Origin: Pseudomonadota bacterium
GTDB taxonomy: Bacteria; Bdellovibrionota_B; Oligoflexia; Silvanigrellales; Silvanigrellaceae
Length of the DNA: 64,000 nucleotides
Assembly: GCA_039799905.1 (NCBI GenBank)
Contig: JBDLRP010000042.1
Coordinates: 32,001-96,000 of the forward strand
Direction: 5' to 3'
Of this stretch, positions 1-9,778 are shown piece by piece (the stretch's first letter is position 1; every line of letters begins with the position of its first letter). Position numbers and translations under genes: made by a program. The notes beneath the pieces are model-generated. The model made no database searches. It saw only the letters and a list, made by a program, of their open reading frames with translations, and was not told the origin of the DNA.

Positions 1-432
1 GTCGGAAACACTTTCTTCAGAACCGGCAACAACCACACCCGAACGGCCCAATTCACGAAGCCGCCCGCCTTCTTTTTCATAGAACATCGCACGATCGATC
101 AGCGGATTTCCCAAACTCAGAAACGCGCCTGATTTTCTTACGAGTTCGCTATCGACGCGTACTCGCATCCAATAGGTACCGTGCGCAAAACCTAAATTTG
201 GTGCTCTTGAGGTAGACTGACGAAATTGGCTTCCTTGCGTGCTGACGATTTCGCCGGCAGTGATGGCCGAGGTCGGGTCGAAAAAATACTCAATGCAGGC
301 ACCAATCTGTGCAGCCTCACCCGACCACGATTGAACGACTCCATCTCGGCAATCGAAATCGGCAAATGCCTCTCGGGCTGTTTGTACAAACAGCAACAAA
401 AGCACGACAAGACATTTGACCCAAAAAGGCAT
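1..432 (-). CDS. N-terminal part of a 7TM-DISM extracellular (DISMED2-type) sensor protein, running off the left edge
   Basis: Not in the ORF track because it has no stop in the window. My translation from ATG 432 is MPFWVKCLVVLLLLFVQTAREAFA (signal peptide)...IEYFFDPTS...FRQSTSRAPNLGFAHGTYWMRV...LGNPLIDRAMFY...GRSG. The NLGF-x3-YW-x-R pattern is typical of DISMED2, and a GAGG SD lies upstream. Confidence 0.75.
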   Translation of the reverse strand, partial: MPFWVKCLVVLLLLFVQTAREAFADFDCRDGVVQSWSGEAAQIGACIEYFFDPTSAITAGEIVSTQGSQFRQSTSRAPNLGFAHGTYWMRVRVDSELVRKSGAFLSLGNPLIDRAMFYEKEGGRLRELGRSGVVVAGSEESVSD

Positions 433-742
433 GAGAGTACCTCTACCTCAATCTTCCTGTATCGGTAGGAAACCCCTTGAATCAAAGAAAAAAAGAACCA
501 AAAAACTGCATGGTAGGCAAAAAGAATTTCAGTCTCAGAGCCTAAGTTTGATCTTGCTGATTTATATAGGGATTAGTCTGTGGAAGCCGCTCTGAACGAT
601 TGGCTCCGATTGCCGTCGCATTGCTATTCCGGGCAGCGTGAGCAGTATTTGCCCAGTGAGACTCTCGTCTGCTGGAAAGCTGGAGAACTTGAGCAAAGCG
701 AAGGTTTAGGAATTAAGGCTGACCTAGAAATCAAATCTCACG

Positions 743-1861
743 TCACCGGTAGACCCTGATTTTATTCAGGTTGACCGTTGTAGAACGGATGAATCTGCTT
801 GAACGGAAGGAAATTTCGACCGGCAAAACCAAACTGTCGAAACTCCGGTTCCCGAAGCCTGTTTCCTCAATCACCTGATTTTCGCCGTATCGAATGACCA
901 CAAAATCTTTTTTTTCTTCCGTATCGATGAACATGTCGAATGAAATACTGCGACCAAGATCGCTCCCAAAGCGCGCAAGTTCAATAACTTGATCATTTTG
1001 GAACGGGCCAAATTTCATATCCGGGAGCGAGATTGTCTGCACGGGTGGAAGATCAGGCTGTGGACGATTTGCATCGTCACCAAGAAATTCGCCCAGCGGC
1101 GTATCGACAAGATAAGTCGCATAATTCCATGGAGTGCGACCGCCATCATGGATGCCGATAATTTTAAGTGAGCTGTCATCAAGGACTGTACTTCCGCTGT
1201 TGCCCGGTTCCGTATCGCACTGATGACTGAATTGATCGATCCCCCAACCTCCACGAGAGGATGTCTCCAAAATGCAATTTTGCGACCATTCAAGTGGCCT
1301 TCCTTGAGGATGCCCGAAAATTGTCAGGGCAGTTCCCAGTTTCGGTCTCAACTGCAATTCAAACTCAACTTTCTCGCTGGGAATTTTGTCGACCTGGAAA
1401 ATTGCATAATCGCGGTTGTCGTTGTGCTCCGCGGCGAGAACCTTCACACACTGTGATACAAGGTACGCTGATTTATCCCTGCGGTATCCCCAGTTCACTG
1501 AAACACCTTCGCACGACTTGGATGAACGCCGCGCGGGCGCTTCGAAACAATGACCTGCCGTAAGCACCAATCCATCGCCTATGTGGGTCGCGGTGCAGCC
1601 CATCGATATTTTCCCAAAGGCGTCGAGTAGACGTGCATATTTTTGAGGAATATTGCCGCCGTCGTTAAGCACAGGGATGAGATCGTTTTTGCCGATTATT
1701 TTCTCGGTGGAATCAGAAGCCAGAAAGGTGAGCGGGCCATTGCGACCTTGGGTTTTATTCACCCTCAAGCGTCCTTCCCCGCCTGCGCAGGCAAGCAGAA
1801 GAGTCGGAATGGAAACGACTAAAGCGGCTGAATTAAGAACTGAAGGACGACGAATACGCAT
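743..1861 (-). CDS. Trypsin-like (S1) serine protease lipoprotein with a C-terminal beta domain
   Basis: LTAGHC (His), RDYAIF (Asp) and PGNSGS (Ser) motifs, with lipobox LLAC. Start moved from 1882 to ATG 1861, which follows a GGAGG SD. Confidence 0.9.
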   Translation of the reverse strand: MRIRRPSVLNSAALVVSIPTLLLACAGGEGRLRVNKTQGRNGPLTFLASDSTEKIIGKNDLIPVLNDGGNIPQKYARLLDAFGKISMGCTATHIGDGLVLTAGHCFEAPARRSSKSCEGVSVNWGYRRDKSAYLVSQCVKVLAAEHNDNRDYAIFQVDKIPSEKVEFELQLRPKLGTALTIFGHPQGRPLEWSQNCILETSSRGGWGIDQFSHQCDTEPGNSGSTVLDDSSLKIIGIHDGGRTPWNYATYLVDTPLGEFLGDDANRPQPDLPPVQTISLPDMKFGPFQNDQVIELARFGSDLGRSISFDMFIDTEEKKDFVVIRYGENQVIEETGFGNRSFDSLVLPVEISFRSSRFIRSTTVNLNKIRVYR

Positions 1862-1949
1862 GAATCCCCTCCGTGGGAGCATGTCGGGCGAACCCTGCCT
1901 GCAAATTTAAAAATGAATCGTTAATATCCGCCGCAAAGTACAAAATGAA

Positions 1950-1985
1950 ATACAAACAAGCAAGCCGACCAACAGCTCGGCTTGC
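1950..1985 (-). terminator. Probable intrinsic terminator after the small cytochrome c gene
   Basis: On the minus strand: GCAAGCCGA-8 nt loop-TCGGCTTGC followed by TTGTTTGTATTT. Confidence 0.6.
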
Positions 1986-2037
1986 CGCAACAACTTAACA
2001 TCAAAAAGTACTTGAGATTTTGGGGTTGGTTTTGATT

Positions 2038-2451
2038 TTAATTAAAGTCGGTACTATTGGTCAAATAGTCGACGAGGTTCGCTTTGTCTGTGCTGTTCCA
2101 GTTGGCTTTGGGTGTTCCCTTGGGCATTGTTCCGGCGTTGATTCTAATCAGCATGCGGTCACGTTTGGCTTTGACACCCGCAAAGGTCGACAAATTTGGC
2201 GACACACTCCCCTCGTGACAACCTGACGAAGCACAGTTCGTTAAGATGACTGCTTTATAGGTCGCCGTGTATTGAGCACCGTCAGTGGTCGTGCCCGTGT
2301 TGGTGCCTCCGGTGCCCGTGTTTGTTCCACCGGTGCCTGGGTTGGTGCCGGTATCCGCACCGGTTCCGGTTCGGGTGGTACTCTCTGCTCCGCATGCTGC
2401 GATCACAAGAAAAAGTGCCGCAGAAATACAAAGAATATTTGCCGTTTTCAT
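2038..2451 (-). CDS. Small lipoprotein c-type cytochrome (CX4CH motif) on a Gly/Thr-rich linker
   Basis: Lipobox IAAC, linker GTGGTNTGTGGTNTG, heme motif CASSGCH and candidate distal Met in MPKG. Confidence 0.7.
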   Translation of the reverse strand: MKTANILCISAALFLVIAACGAESTTRTGTGADTGTNPGTGGTNTGTGGTNTGTTTDGAQYTATYKAVILTNCASSGCHEGSVSPNLSTFAGVKAKRDRMLIRINAGTMPKGTPKANWNSTDKANLVDYLTNSTDFN

Positions 2452-2562
2452 TGTGTTCGTCTCCGCTAAAGAACAATTACCGATCGTCTAAAAAAATAAC
2501 ACGGCGCATAAGAAACGGAATGCGCCATGACCCAAACTTCTACACTGCAAAAGCAGCCGCAA

Positions 2563-3669
2563 TCACATTCGCCTTAGATGAGACAAAACACGTGATGCTT
2601 TCTCCCTAAACCATTCCGTGTCAGCTTTGCTGTCCATAAACTTGCCAACTGCCTCAAGCACCGTCTTTTCGCGGACGATCGTCTGGCAACTCAGTAGAAT
2701 GTCGCATCCTGCTGCCAATGCATCGCATGAAGCCAGCCTCAAAAATGAGTCATCCGAGACATCAACAGAATTCTGTCCTTCGTCGACGATCGCAGCGGTC
2801 ACCTTTTTAGCAACTCCGTAGAAGTCGGAGATCGCGTTCATGCGCAGGTCATCGGAAAGTATGAGGCCGTCGAAGCCCAATTCGCCGCGCAAATAGTTTT
2901 GCAGAATCAAAGGACTCAATGTTGCGGGCCGGCTTGGATCAAGCTCCTGACAGATGACGTGAGCGGTCATGATCATGGGAATCTTGGAGTGTTCAATCAG
3001 ATGCCTGAACGGCAGCCACTCACGCTCACGCAGCGTTGCCAACGTAACATCGGTGGTGGCAAAGCCTTTGTGGGAATCAGTTTCTGTGTGACCGTGTCCG
3101 GGAAAATGTTTGGCACAGCTGAACAAACCGGCGCGGTGAATTTCGTCACAAACAATTGCCGCGCAACGGGCAACAGTCACTGCATCCGACGAAAAAGACC
3201 GATCACCGATGGCGGGATTTTCAGGCCGTGTCAGCACATCGGCAACAGGTGCCAGCAGACAATTGATACCCAAGCCGCGTGCAGTGGCCGCCTGCAACAA
3301 GACTTGCGAGCGCAAATCGCCCTCGCGCTCGGACGCAGAAAAAGCAGCGGCCGGTTCGATACGCGGAAACGGCGCCGGCATTCTATACACTCGACCACCT
3401 TCTTCATCGATTGCAATTACAGCACCATTGGGCTGATGGTCGGCGCGTGTCAGCACACGGATACGGTCGCACAGATCCCGAGTCTGGGCGAGGGTTTTCA
3501 TACTGCGCCGAAAAAGCACGACACCACTGGGCTTATACAATTTTAAAAGAGATTCTTCTTCTTCCGTCAACTCTGCCGCGACCAAAGAAGGCCAAACAAA
3601 CAAACCGGCCCGCTGTTCAGCACTCAGCCGCCCGAGGAATGAATGTAATTCGCGAAGTTGCAGAGTCAT
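2563..3669 (-). CDS. nagZ: Beta-N-acetylhexosaminidase (GH3, NagZ family)
   Basis: IDEEGGRV, APVAD, IGDRSFS, KHFPGHGHTETDSH, MTAH and SDDLRM motifs. Start set at ATG 3669 to avoid overlap with glpK. Confidence 0.9.
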   Translation of the reverse strand: MTLQLRELHSFLGRLSAEQRAGLFVWPSLVAAELTEEEESLLKLYKPSGVVLFRRSMKTLAQTRDLCDRIRVLTRADHQPNGAVIAIDEEGGRVYRMPAPFPRIEPAAAFSASEREGDLRSQVLLQAATARGLGINCLLAPVADVLTRPENPAIGDRSFSSDAVTVARCAAIVCDEIHRAGLFSCAKHFPGHGHTETDSHKGFATTDVTLATLREREWLPFRHLIEHSKIPMIMTAHVICQELDPSRPATLSPLILQNYLRGELGFDGLILSDDLRMNAISDFYGVAKKVTAAIVDEGQNSVDVSDDSFLRLASCDALAAGCDILLSCQTIVREKTVLEAVGKFMDSKADTEWFREKASRVLSHLRRM

Positions 3670-3718
3670 GGCAGCCACCTTATTCTGTGTGTTCTCACCT
3701 TCAGCAGCAGAGGTTAAC

Positions 3719-5230
3719 ATGGCAGAATTGATTCTGGCTATTGATCAAGGCACTACTGGCTCCAGCGCAGCTTTCTTTTTGGCGGACTCTCTTGAAATGC
3801 TGGCACATCAGAAGGTTGAGTTTCCGCAGATATTCCCGCAGCCCGGCTGGGTTGAACACAATCCGGAAGACATCTGGCAGAGCGTACTCTCAGCGATTGA
3901 AAAGGGCTGGCAACAACTGCTCAGCAAGCACCCGCACGCGCGCAAACAAGACATCATTTCGATTGGTGTCACAAATCAGAGAGAAACCTGCCTCGGCTGG
4001 AACAGAAACACGGGCGAGACGGGAGGCAATGCATTGGTCTGGCAAGACAGGCGCACTGCAGACCGTTGTTTGGCTTTGCGCGAAAGTGCATGGAAAGAAA
4101 AGATCCACCAGCGCACCGGACTCGTCTGTGATCCTTATTTCAGCGGCACAAAGATGGAATGGCTGCTGAAAAACCGTCCGCAGCTGGCTCAGTGGAATCA
4201 TGCAGGAACATTGTGTCTGGGTACCATCGATTCATTCTTGGTCTACAAGCTCAGCGGCGGTGCGTCTTTCACGACCGATCCGACCAACGCCTCGCGCACG
4301 CTGCTCTTCAACCTTCAGACTGGTGATTGGGACGACGAACTCACAGCTCTATTTACGGTGAGCAAAAATTCGCTTGCCAAAATCGTTCCCAGCTGTGGTT
4401 CTTTCGGCAGCACAAAAAATCTTTCTGTTCTACCGGACAACATTCCTATTACGGGAATCTTGGGCGACCAGCAGTCCGCTCTGTTCGGACAAGGTTGCCT
4501 TGCCAGCGGCGAAGCGAAAATCACCTATGGAACCGGAGCATTTTTGCTGATGAACACAGGAGAAAAGGCGGTTCCAAGCCACTCCGGATTGCTGACAACC
4601 GTCGCGTTCGGGCATCCGGACGGACGGCTCAGCTACGCACTTGAGGGCGCCGCATTTATTGCTGGTGCTGCAGTGCAATACCTGCGCGATCAGTTCGGCT
4701 GGATCAGCAATGCAGGTGAAGTCGAACAGCTTGCCAATCGCGATCCACGCGACCCGAATGTTTTGTTTGTTCCGGCCCTTGCAGGACTCGGGGCCCCCTA
4801 CTGGAATCCCCACGCCAAGGGCGCGTTATTCGGCCTCTCGCGCGGAACAAGCAAATCTCAGGTCACCCGTGCGGTTCTTGAAAGCATTGCACTTCAAAAC
4901 GCGCAACTCTTAGAACTCATGCAAAAGGACTCTGGCCAGACGATTTCCAAGGTAGGTGTCGACGGTGGTGCTGCTCAAAATAACACACTCATGCAATTCC
5001 AGGCCGACTCGCTGCAAACCACACTCATCCGACCCACAAATTTCGAGACGACCGCACGCGGAGCGGCGGCTGCAGCTCTGTTGGGTCTTCGTCCAAAGAG
5101 CCAACTTCCTGAGCCCACACAAGACAAAGTCTTTCGGCCGCAGATGGCGCCGGACGAGGCGCATCGAATCAACCGAAAGTGGCAAGCAGCAGCACAGTGC
5201 CTGAATGAATTTCATCGCACGCAGAACTAA
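3719..5230 (+). CDS. glpK: Glycerol kinase
   Basis: AIDQGTT, PQPGWVEH, TNQRET, WQDRRT, DPYFSGTK, GDQQSALFG and KITYGTG motifs. ATG 3719 follows GAGG. Confidence 0.95.
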   Translation: MAELILAIDQGTTGSSAAFFLADSLEMLAHQKVEFPQIFPQPGWVEHNPEDIWQSVLSAIEKGWQQLLSKHPHARKQDIISIGVTNQRETCLGWNRNTGETGGNALVWQDRRTADRCLALRESAWKEKIHQRTGLVCDPYFSGTKMEWLLKNRPQLAQWNHAGTLCLGTIDSFLVYKLSGGASFTTDPTNASRTLLFNLQTGDWDDELTALFTVSKNSLAKIVPSCGSFGSTKNLSVLPDNIPITGILGDQQSALFGQGCLASGEAKITYGTGAFLLMNTGEKAVPSHSGLLTTVAFGHPDGRLSYALEGAAFIAGAAVQYLRDQFGWISNAGEVEQLANRDPRDPNVLFVPALAGLGAPYWNPHAKGALFGLSRGTSKSQVTRAVLESIALQNAQLLELMQKDSGQTISKVGVDGGAAQNNTLMQFQADSLQTTLIRPTNFETTARGAAAAALLGLRPKSQLPEPTQDKVFRPQMAPDEAHRINRKWQAAAQCLNEFHRTQN

Positions 5231-5370
5231 TCTGCGTGCCGATTTCAATCTGTGCAGCGTTAAAATTCCCGCCTGAGGGATTGCTCTGGATTCATTCTTC
5301 CGAGCAATGATGATTTGAAATTTGTAAACAATCAGCGCATGCCGTAGCTCCCGCTCATGGCGGAGGGGCT

Positions 5371-7539
5371 ATGGAGGGACTGGCGGAATGTTTAAAAGGA
5401 AGAAGTTCGCTCATTTTTCTGATGATCTTCTTCACCGCCATGATGGTTGGATTGGCCGAACTGGGCGCCTTCTTGAGTTACGGGGGTCTCAGTTTCAGTG
5501 CCGTTTGGCCCCCCTGTGGATTGTTTTTTGCATCGTTGACCTTTACTCCTAATCTCAAAAAGAATGCGCCCTATTTTATTGCAGCTGCCGCCGCTGCAAA
5601 TATGGTGTCAGATTTTCTGATTCACAAATCAACGCTCGTTGTAACATTCAGCTTTATCGGGAGTAACACACTGAGCGCACTTTGCGCGGCAGTCGTTGCA
5701 AGGCGACTGCTCTCGGGAGCACAGTCGCTGAACCGCCTCAGAGACATGTTTATCTTTCTGGGATGCGGGCTGCTAATACAAGCGCCGATTGGAGCATCGT
5801 TTGGACTCTGGTTTCAGTCACTTTTCTGGAATCAGACGTCGAGTTGGCTCAAATGGGTTGCATGGTGGTCTTCAAATGCAATCGGGATCATTTGCTTCTC
5901 CATCATTTCTCTTTATGCCTTGCAGAAATTCAGCAACTTTCTTCTCATCCACAGAGAGCCGTCGGTCCAATTCAAGAATCACTGGATATCACTCAGCGGT
6001 AACCGTACTGAACTCATCCTATTGTGGAGCGTCTATCTTATTATCGTGCTGCTGGTGCAGTTCACCCTCATGCCGCCCTGGGGTATTTTTATAATAAACA
6101 TTCTGTATCTGATATGGTCATTCCGCTTCGGGGTGCTTCATTCGGCAATCGCACTGGCCGTCGGCTGTGTCTTCCGCCTTTATCACGGCGAAACGCATTG
6201 GGAATACATGTCTCCCTTTTCGGAAATCCTGCTCCTGAAGCCATTTCCAGCATCAGTTGATGTTCAAGTTGTCACCGTCGTTTCCATTCAACTTTTCATC
6301 ATTGAGCGTTCCTTTGTTGTGAATATTGCAAGCGCTCTTTTTACGGATCTGCACCTCAAGCAACGCGCACTGCTCGAGGCAGCAGAGTCGCGCGAGCGTC
6401 TGATGGCGCGCATGAGTCATGAAATCCGCACCCCTCTCAGTGGCGTCCTGGGATTGGTGGAGGCGTGGGCTATCTCAGAACGTTCTGAACAGCGTGCTCA
6501 TGAACTGCAACTGATTCTGAATTCGGGAGCTCAGCTCAAACGCGTTATTGATGATGTCCTCGACTTCTCGAAACTGACTGCGGGAAAATTGAAGATTTAC
6601 GCGACACGCTGCCAGCTGCGTGATCTTTTTTCGGAAATTATCTCTCTTCACTCCTCCGACGCCCAGCGTAAAGGACTCGACCTGAGTTTAAATATGTCGG
6701 ACTCAACCCATCAGGAAATACTGATTGATTCTGTCCGACTCAGGCAAATCGTCAACAATCTTCTCGCAAACGCAATCAAATTCACTCCACACGGAAGTGT
6801 GAAGGTCGACGTCGATGCAAGCCCTCCGACAGATCTGGAACTTCCGATTCTTCGTATCATGGTCGAGGACACCGGAATCGGCATTCCAGAAAACTCCATT
6901 TCATCTCTATTCCAACCATTCGAACAGGTTGGAAATGAAACAACGCGTGCTTTCGGAGGGACGGGTTTGGGTTTGGCGATCTGCAAAGAACTGACAGAAC
7001 TGTTGGGTGGTCACATTTCGGTTAAAAGTGCGCGCGGCGCGGGCAGCCGTTTTACAGTTGTTCTACCCTTTAAAATTTCTTCTGATGCCTCGCCCATGAT
7101 GGTTGAGAAGTACGCACAATTTCGCGAATTCAGCGCAGGCAGCTCGAAAAATACTCCTGCAGCACTGATCGTTGAAGACGACCCCGTCAACCAGCTTGTC
7201 TCACGAAGATTTCTTGAAGCCGAGGGATTCAGGGTGAAGGTCGTCGAGAGTGGAAGCCAAGCACTGGCAGAGTTGAAGGAGCATTCTGGGGAGTATTCGC
7301 TCGTATTGATGGACTACTTCATGCCAGGAATGGACGGCTGCGAAGTGACGCGCAAATTTCGCGCCTATGAGCATTCGCTGGGGGAAAACGCACATTTGCC
7401 AATCTTGGGACTGACAGCTTCCGTGTTGGAGATCGACCACCAGCGTTGCAGGCAGGCTGGCATGGATGACGTGTTACTCAAGCCTATTGAACGTGAGCAC
7501 TTGCGCGATGCACTAAAAAAAACCCCCATCTTGCGATGA
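5371..7539 (+). CDS. Membrane hybrid sensor histidine kinase/response regulator with a MASE1-like N-terminus
   Basis: Multi-TM N-terminus (AVWPPCG, WWSSNAIG), H-box MSHEIRTPL, N-box NLLANAIKFT, G-boxes DTGIGI and GGTGLGL, and receiver VEDD...LMDYFMPGMDG...KP. Confidence 0.92.
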   Translation: MEGLAECLKGRSSLIFLMIFFTAMMVGLAELGAFLSYGGLSFSAVWPPCGLFFASLTFTPNLKKNAPYFIAAAAAANMVSDFLIHKSTLVVTFSFIGSNTLSALCAAVVARRLLSGAQSLNRLRDMFIFLGCGLLIQAPIGASFGLWFQSLFWNQTSSWLKWVAWWSSNAIGIICFSIISLYALQKFSNFLLIHREPSVQFKNHWISLSGNRTELILLWSVYLIIVLLVQFTLMPPWGIFIINILYLIWSFRFGVLHSAIALAVGCVFRLYHGETHWEYMSPFSEILLLKPFPASVDVQVVTVVSIQLFIIERSFVVNIASALFTDLHLKQRALLEAAESRERLMARMSHEIRTPLSGVLGLVEAWAISERSEQRAHELQLILNSGAQLKRVIDDVLDFSKLTAGKLKIYATRCQLRDLFSEIISLHSSDAQRKGLDLSLNMSDSTHQEILIDSVRLRQIVNNLLANAIKFTPHGSVKVDVDASPPTDLELPILRIMVEDTGIGIPENSISSLFQPFEQVGNETTRAFGGTGLGLAICKELTELLGGHISVKSARGAGSRFTVVLPFKISSDASPMMVEKYAQFREFSAGSSKNTPAALIVEDDPVNQLVSRRFLEAEGFRVKVVESGSQALAELKEHSGEYSLVLMDYFMPGMDGCEVTRKFRAYEHSLGENAHLPILGLTASVLEIDHQRCRQAGMDDVLLKPIEREHLRDALKKTPILR

Positions 7540-7581
7540 GGGTCGTCGATACAAACATGTTTGTCACTTAAGACACAGTAA

Positions 7582-7836
7582 TCATTCATCAATGATATGA
7601 AGTATGTAACGTTTGTTTAATTTTGCAGCACCGCAGTTGAGAATTGTGCGAATTGCATCGGCGGTGCGGCCGTTGCGCCCAATGACCTTACCCACATCCT
7701 CTTTGGCGACCTTAAGCTCAATCACGTTGGTCTGCGTTCCGGCGATTTCGTTGATCTCCACCCGTTCGCCGTTATCCACCAACGATTTCGCAATGTAATC
7801 GATGAGCTCCTTCATGCTGCCCATGCCCGCGTCCAT
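7582..7836 (-). CDS. khpA: KH-domain RNA-binding protein (KhpA/YlqC family)
   Basis: MKELIDYIAKSLVD...ELKVAKEDVGKVIGRNGRTADAIRTIL. The start is uncertain among several nearby ATGs. Confidence 0.88.
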   Translation of the reverse strand: MDAGMGSMKELIDYIAKSLVDNGERVEINEIAGTQTNVIELKVAKEDVGKVIGRNGRTADAIRTILNCGAAKLNKRYILHIIDE

Positions 7837-8096
7837 CACATCCCACCTCATTTACAAAATACCAGTCAGAGCTACCCGATTCGAACTGGACTTAATTCGA
7901 GTCGGCACGCTTAAACACTAGGCCGTTGGGCCGATGCTGGCAAGAAAACATCGGTTGAAGGGCGGAGAATAGGAAAAGCCGACCCATTGAGCCCGAAAAG
8001 ACTTGAGGGCTTGTCAGATTCTTGACCCGTGTCAGCTCAATACAAACGCAGTTCTGGCGATACACGCAGGGAGTCCCTTTGCGCGAGGAGTCGAAC

Positions 8097-9767
8097 GTGG
8101 CTGACCAATTTGCACTCAAGAACAATCAGATTTTTGTTCTGGCCGAGGCCGCCGGGGGTGTCTACAACAGCGACCAGCTGAGAGTGCTGTGCGAAGTTGC
8201 CGACAATGAGTCTGCTTTTCTGAAGATCACCGAAGACCAGCGCATTGGCTTTATGGTTGATCCGCACAAACTTGCCGATGTTCAGGCTCACGTTCGTAAA
8301 AGCGGTCTGTTGCTGCGATCCTACAAATCGTCTGGTGTCCCTTCCCCGCGCGCCTGTTTGGGCGAATTGTGCACCTTTGCGCATCAGCCATCGCTTGGCG
8401 ACGCACTCGAATTGACGACTCATCTACTGAAATCGTTTCCGGCCCCGAAGCGTTATTCAAGTATCGGGATCAACGGCTGTCAAAGAGCATGTCTTGGATC
8501 GTCGACAGAAGACGTTCATGTTGTTGCCGAAGAAAGCGGATACAAAATTTCAATTGGAGGCAAGGGCTCCGACATTTCCCAGCAGGCGCAACTCATTTTG
8601 GAAAACGTTCCACGCACAGATCTGCCTCAGGTCATCGAAAAAATCCTCGCTGTCTTTTATCAAGAGAGTCAGGAGAATGAGCGTATTTTCGACGTGATTG
8701 AGCGCATCGGACTGACCCCGTTTTTAAATGCGCTTCCTGAACACCTGACACCGCACATTCAACAGCCATCTGAAATTCCGGCTGCAGGAGGCAATTTCGA
8801 GTCTAAAAGCGGCGAATCCGCCGAATCGGAAACACAACAAATCCCCGAAACTGGAACTGAAACGGTAGTTCAGGCGGACGCTTCCGTCGAGAATCTCGCT
8901 GTTGCTCTCGATGACCTTCTCGACAGCACAGACAGCGAGTTGGATTCATTGTCGGCGGCCGCACCGGCGCAGAGGGAAGATGATTCTGCGCAGGCAAATG
9001 ATGGACTCGCGGATTTGAATCTTGAGCCCATGCAGAATGAACCGGAAATTGGAGACGCGCTGACCAGTCCGAATTTGATTTCGGCAGAACCTCTGGCCGA
9101 CATTTCATTGCCGGAGAACGACGGTGAACAGATTGCCGATGGACTGGCCGGAGAACTCCTCGAAGTTGCAGACAGCGACCTCGAAGAAGGCTCACTTGAA
9201 GATGTCGAACGTGTCCGCGACGCGATTCGCACCGAACTGTCGATGTCGGCTGCGCCTGAACAAACCATCCGGCCGCACCAAACGGACTTGCTTGACGAGA
9301 TTTCTGACCCTGCATCCGAAGGTTCGGAATTCATAGAAATCGAATCATCCTCGTCAGAGGAAATACTAGAAACAGACGAAATCTCGGATTCGGGCGACGA
9401 TGAATTTGGGCTTCTTGCAAGCGACACAGCGGCAGACCTTGAACACCAAAAGCCACGCACACTCGCAGCCGAAACAAGCAGGCCCACATCACAGCCGAGC
9501 AGACGGGCAACACCTCTTCAGGCACAACCTCCGGTAGGTGGACGTCTCTCGATCCGCTTTGAGGGTGATCAACTGGCAGTTGAGCTTCCCTCGGGACTGA
9601 GCTTCGAGCTCCCGTTCGAGAGTGTCGGAGAGGACGGGCAGTTCGCAATGTCACTCCCTGATGGCGAACTTCGACTCTCACGCAACGGACATATGCTGGC
9701 CGTCAGCCTCGGGATGCTCAATCTCAAGATTCCAATTCCGGCAGCCATGGAGCGCCAGGTTGCCTGA
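8097..9767 (+). CDS. Nitrite/sulfite-reductase-like Fe-S domain protein with a long acidic disordered region
   Basis: GG-x4-QL...KITEDQRI half-domain, Cys motifs ACLGELC and NGCQRAC, ISIGGK and ERI..VIERIG. Then about 250 aa rich in Asp/Glu/Ser. GTG 8097 follows GAGGAG. Confidence 0.7.
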   Translation: MADQFALKNNQIFVLAEAAGGVYNSDQLRVLCEVADNESAFLKITEDQRIGFMVDPHKLADVQAHVRKSGLLLRSYKSSGVPSPRACLGELCTFAHQPSLGDALELTTHLLKSFPAPKRYSSIGINGCQRACLGSSTEDVHVVAEESGYKISIGGKGSDISQQAQLILENVPRTDLPQVIEKILAVFYQESQENERIFDVIERIGLTPFLNALPEHLTPHIQQPSEIPAAGGNFESKSGESAESETQQIPETGTETVVQADASVENLAVALDDLLDSTDSELDSLSAAAPAQREDDSAQANDGLADLNLEPMQNEPEIGDALTSPNLISAEPLADISLPENDGEQIADGLAGELLEVADSDLEEGSLEDVERVRDAIRTELSMSAAPEQTIRPHQTDLLDEISDPASEGSEFIEIESSSSEEILETDEISDSGDDEFGLLASDTAADLEHQKPRTLAAETSRPTSQPSRRATPLQAQPPVGGRLSIRFEGDQLAVELPSGLSFELPFESVGEDGQFAMSLPDGELRLSRNGHMLAVSLGMLNLKIPIPAAMERQVA

Positions 9768-9778
9768 CCTGAAACGGA

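Noticed and set aside
580..759. 59-codon GTG ORF in the gap between the sensor and protease genes
   Set aside because: No clear SD or motif, and it overlaps the protease 3' end. I could not support an ncRNA here either.
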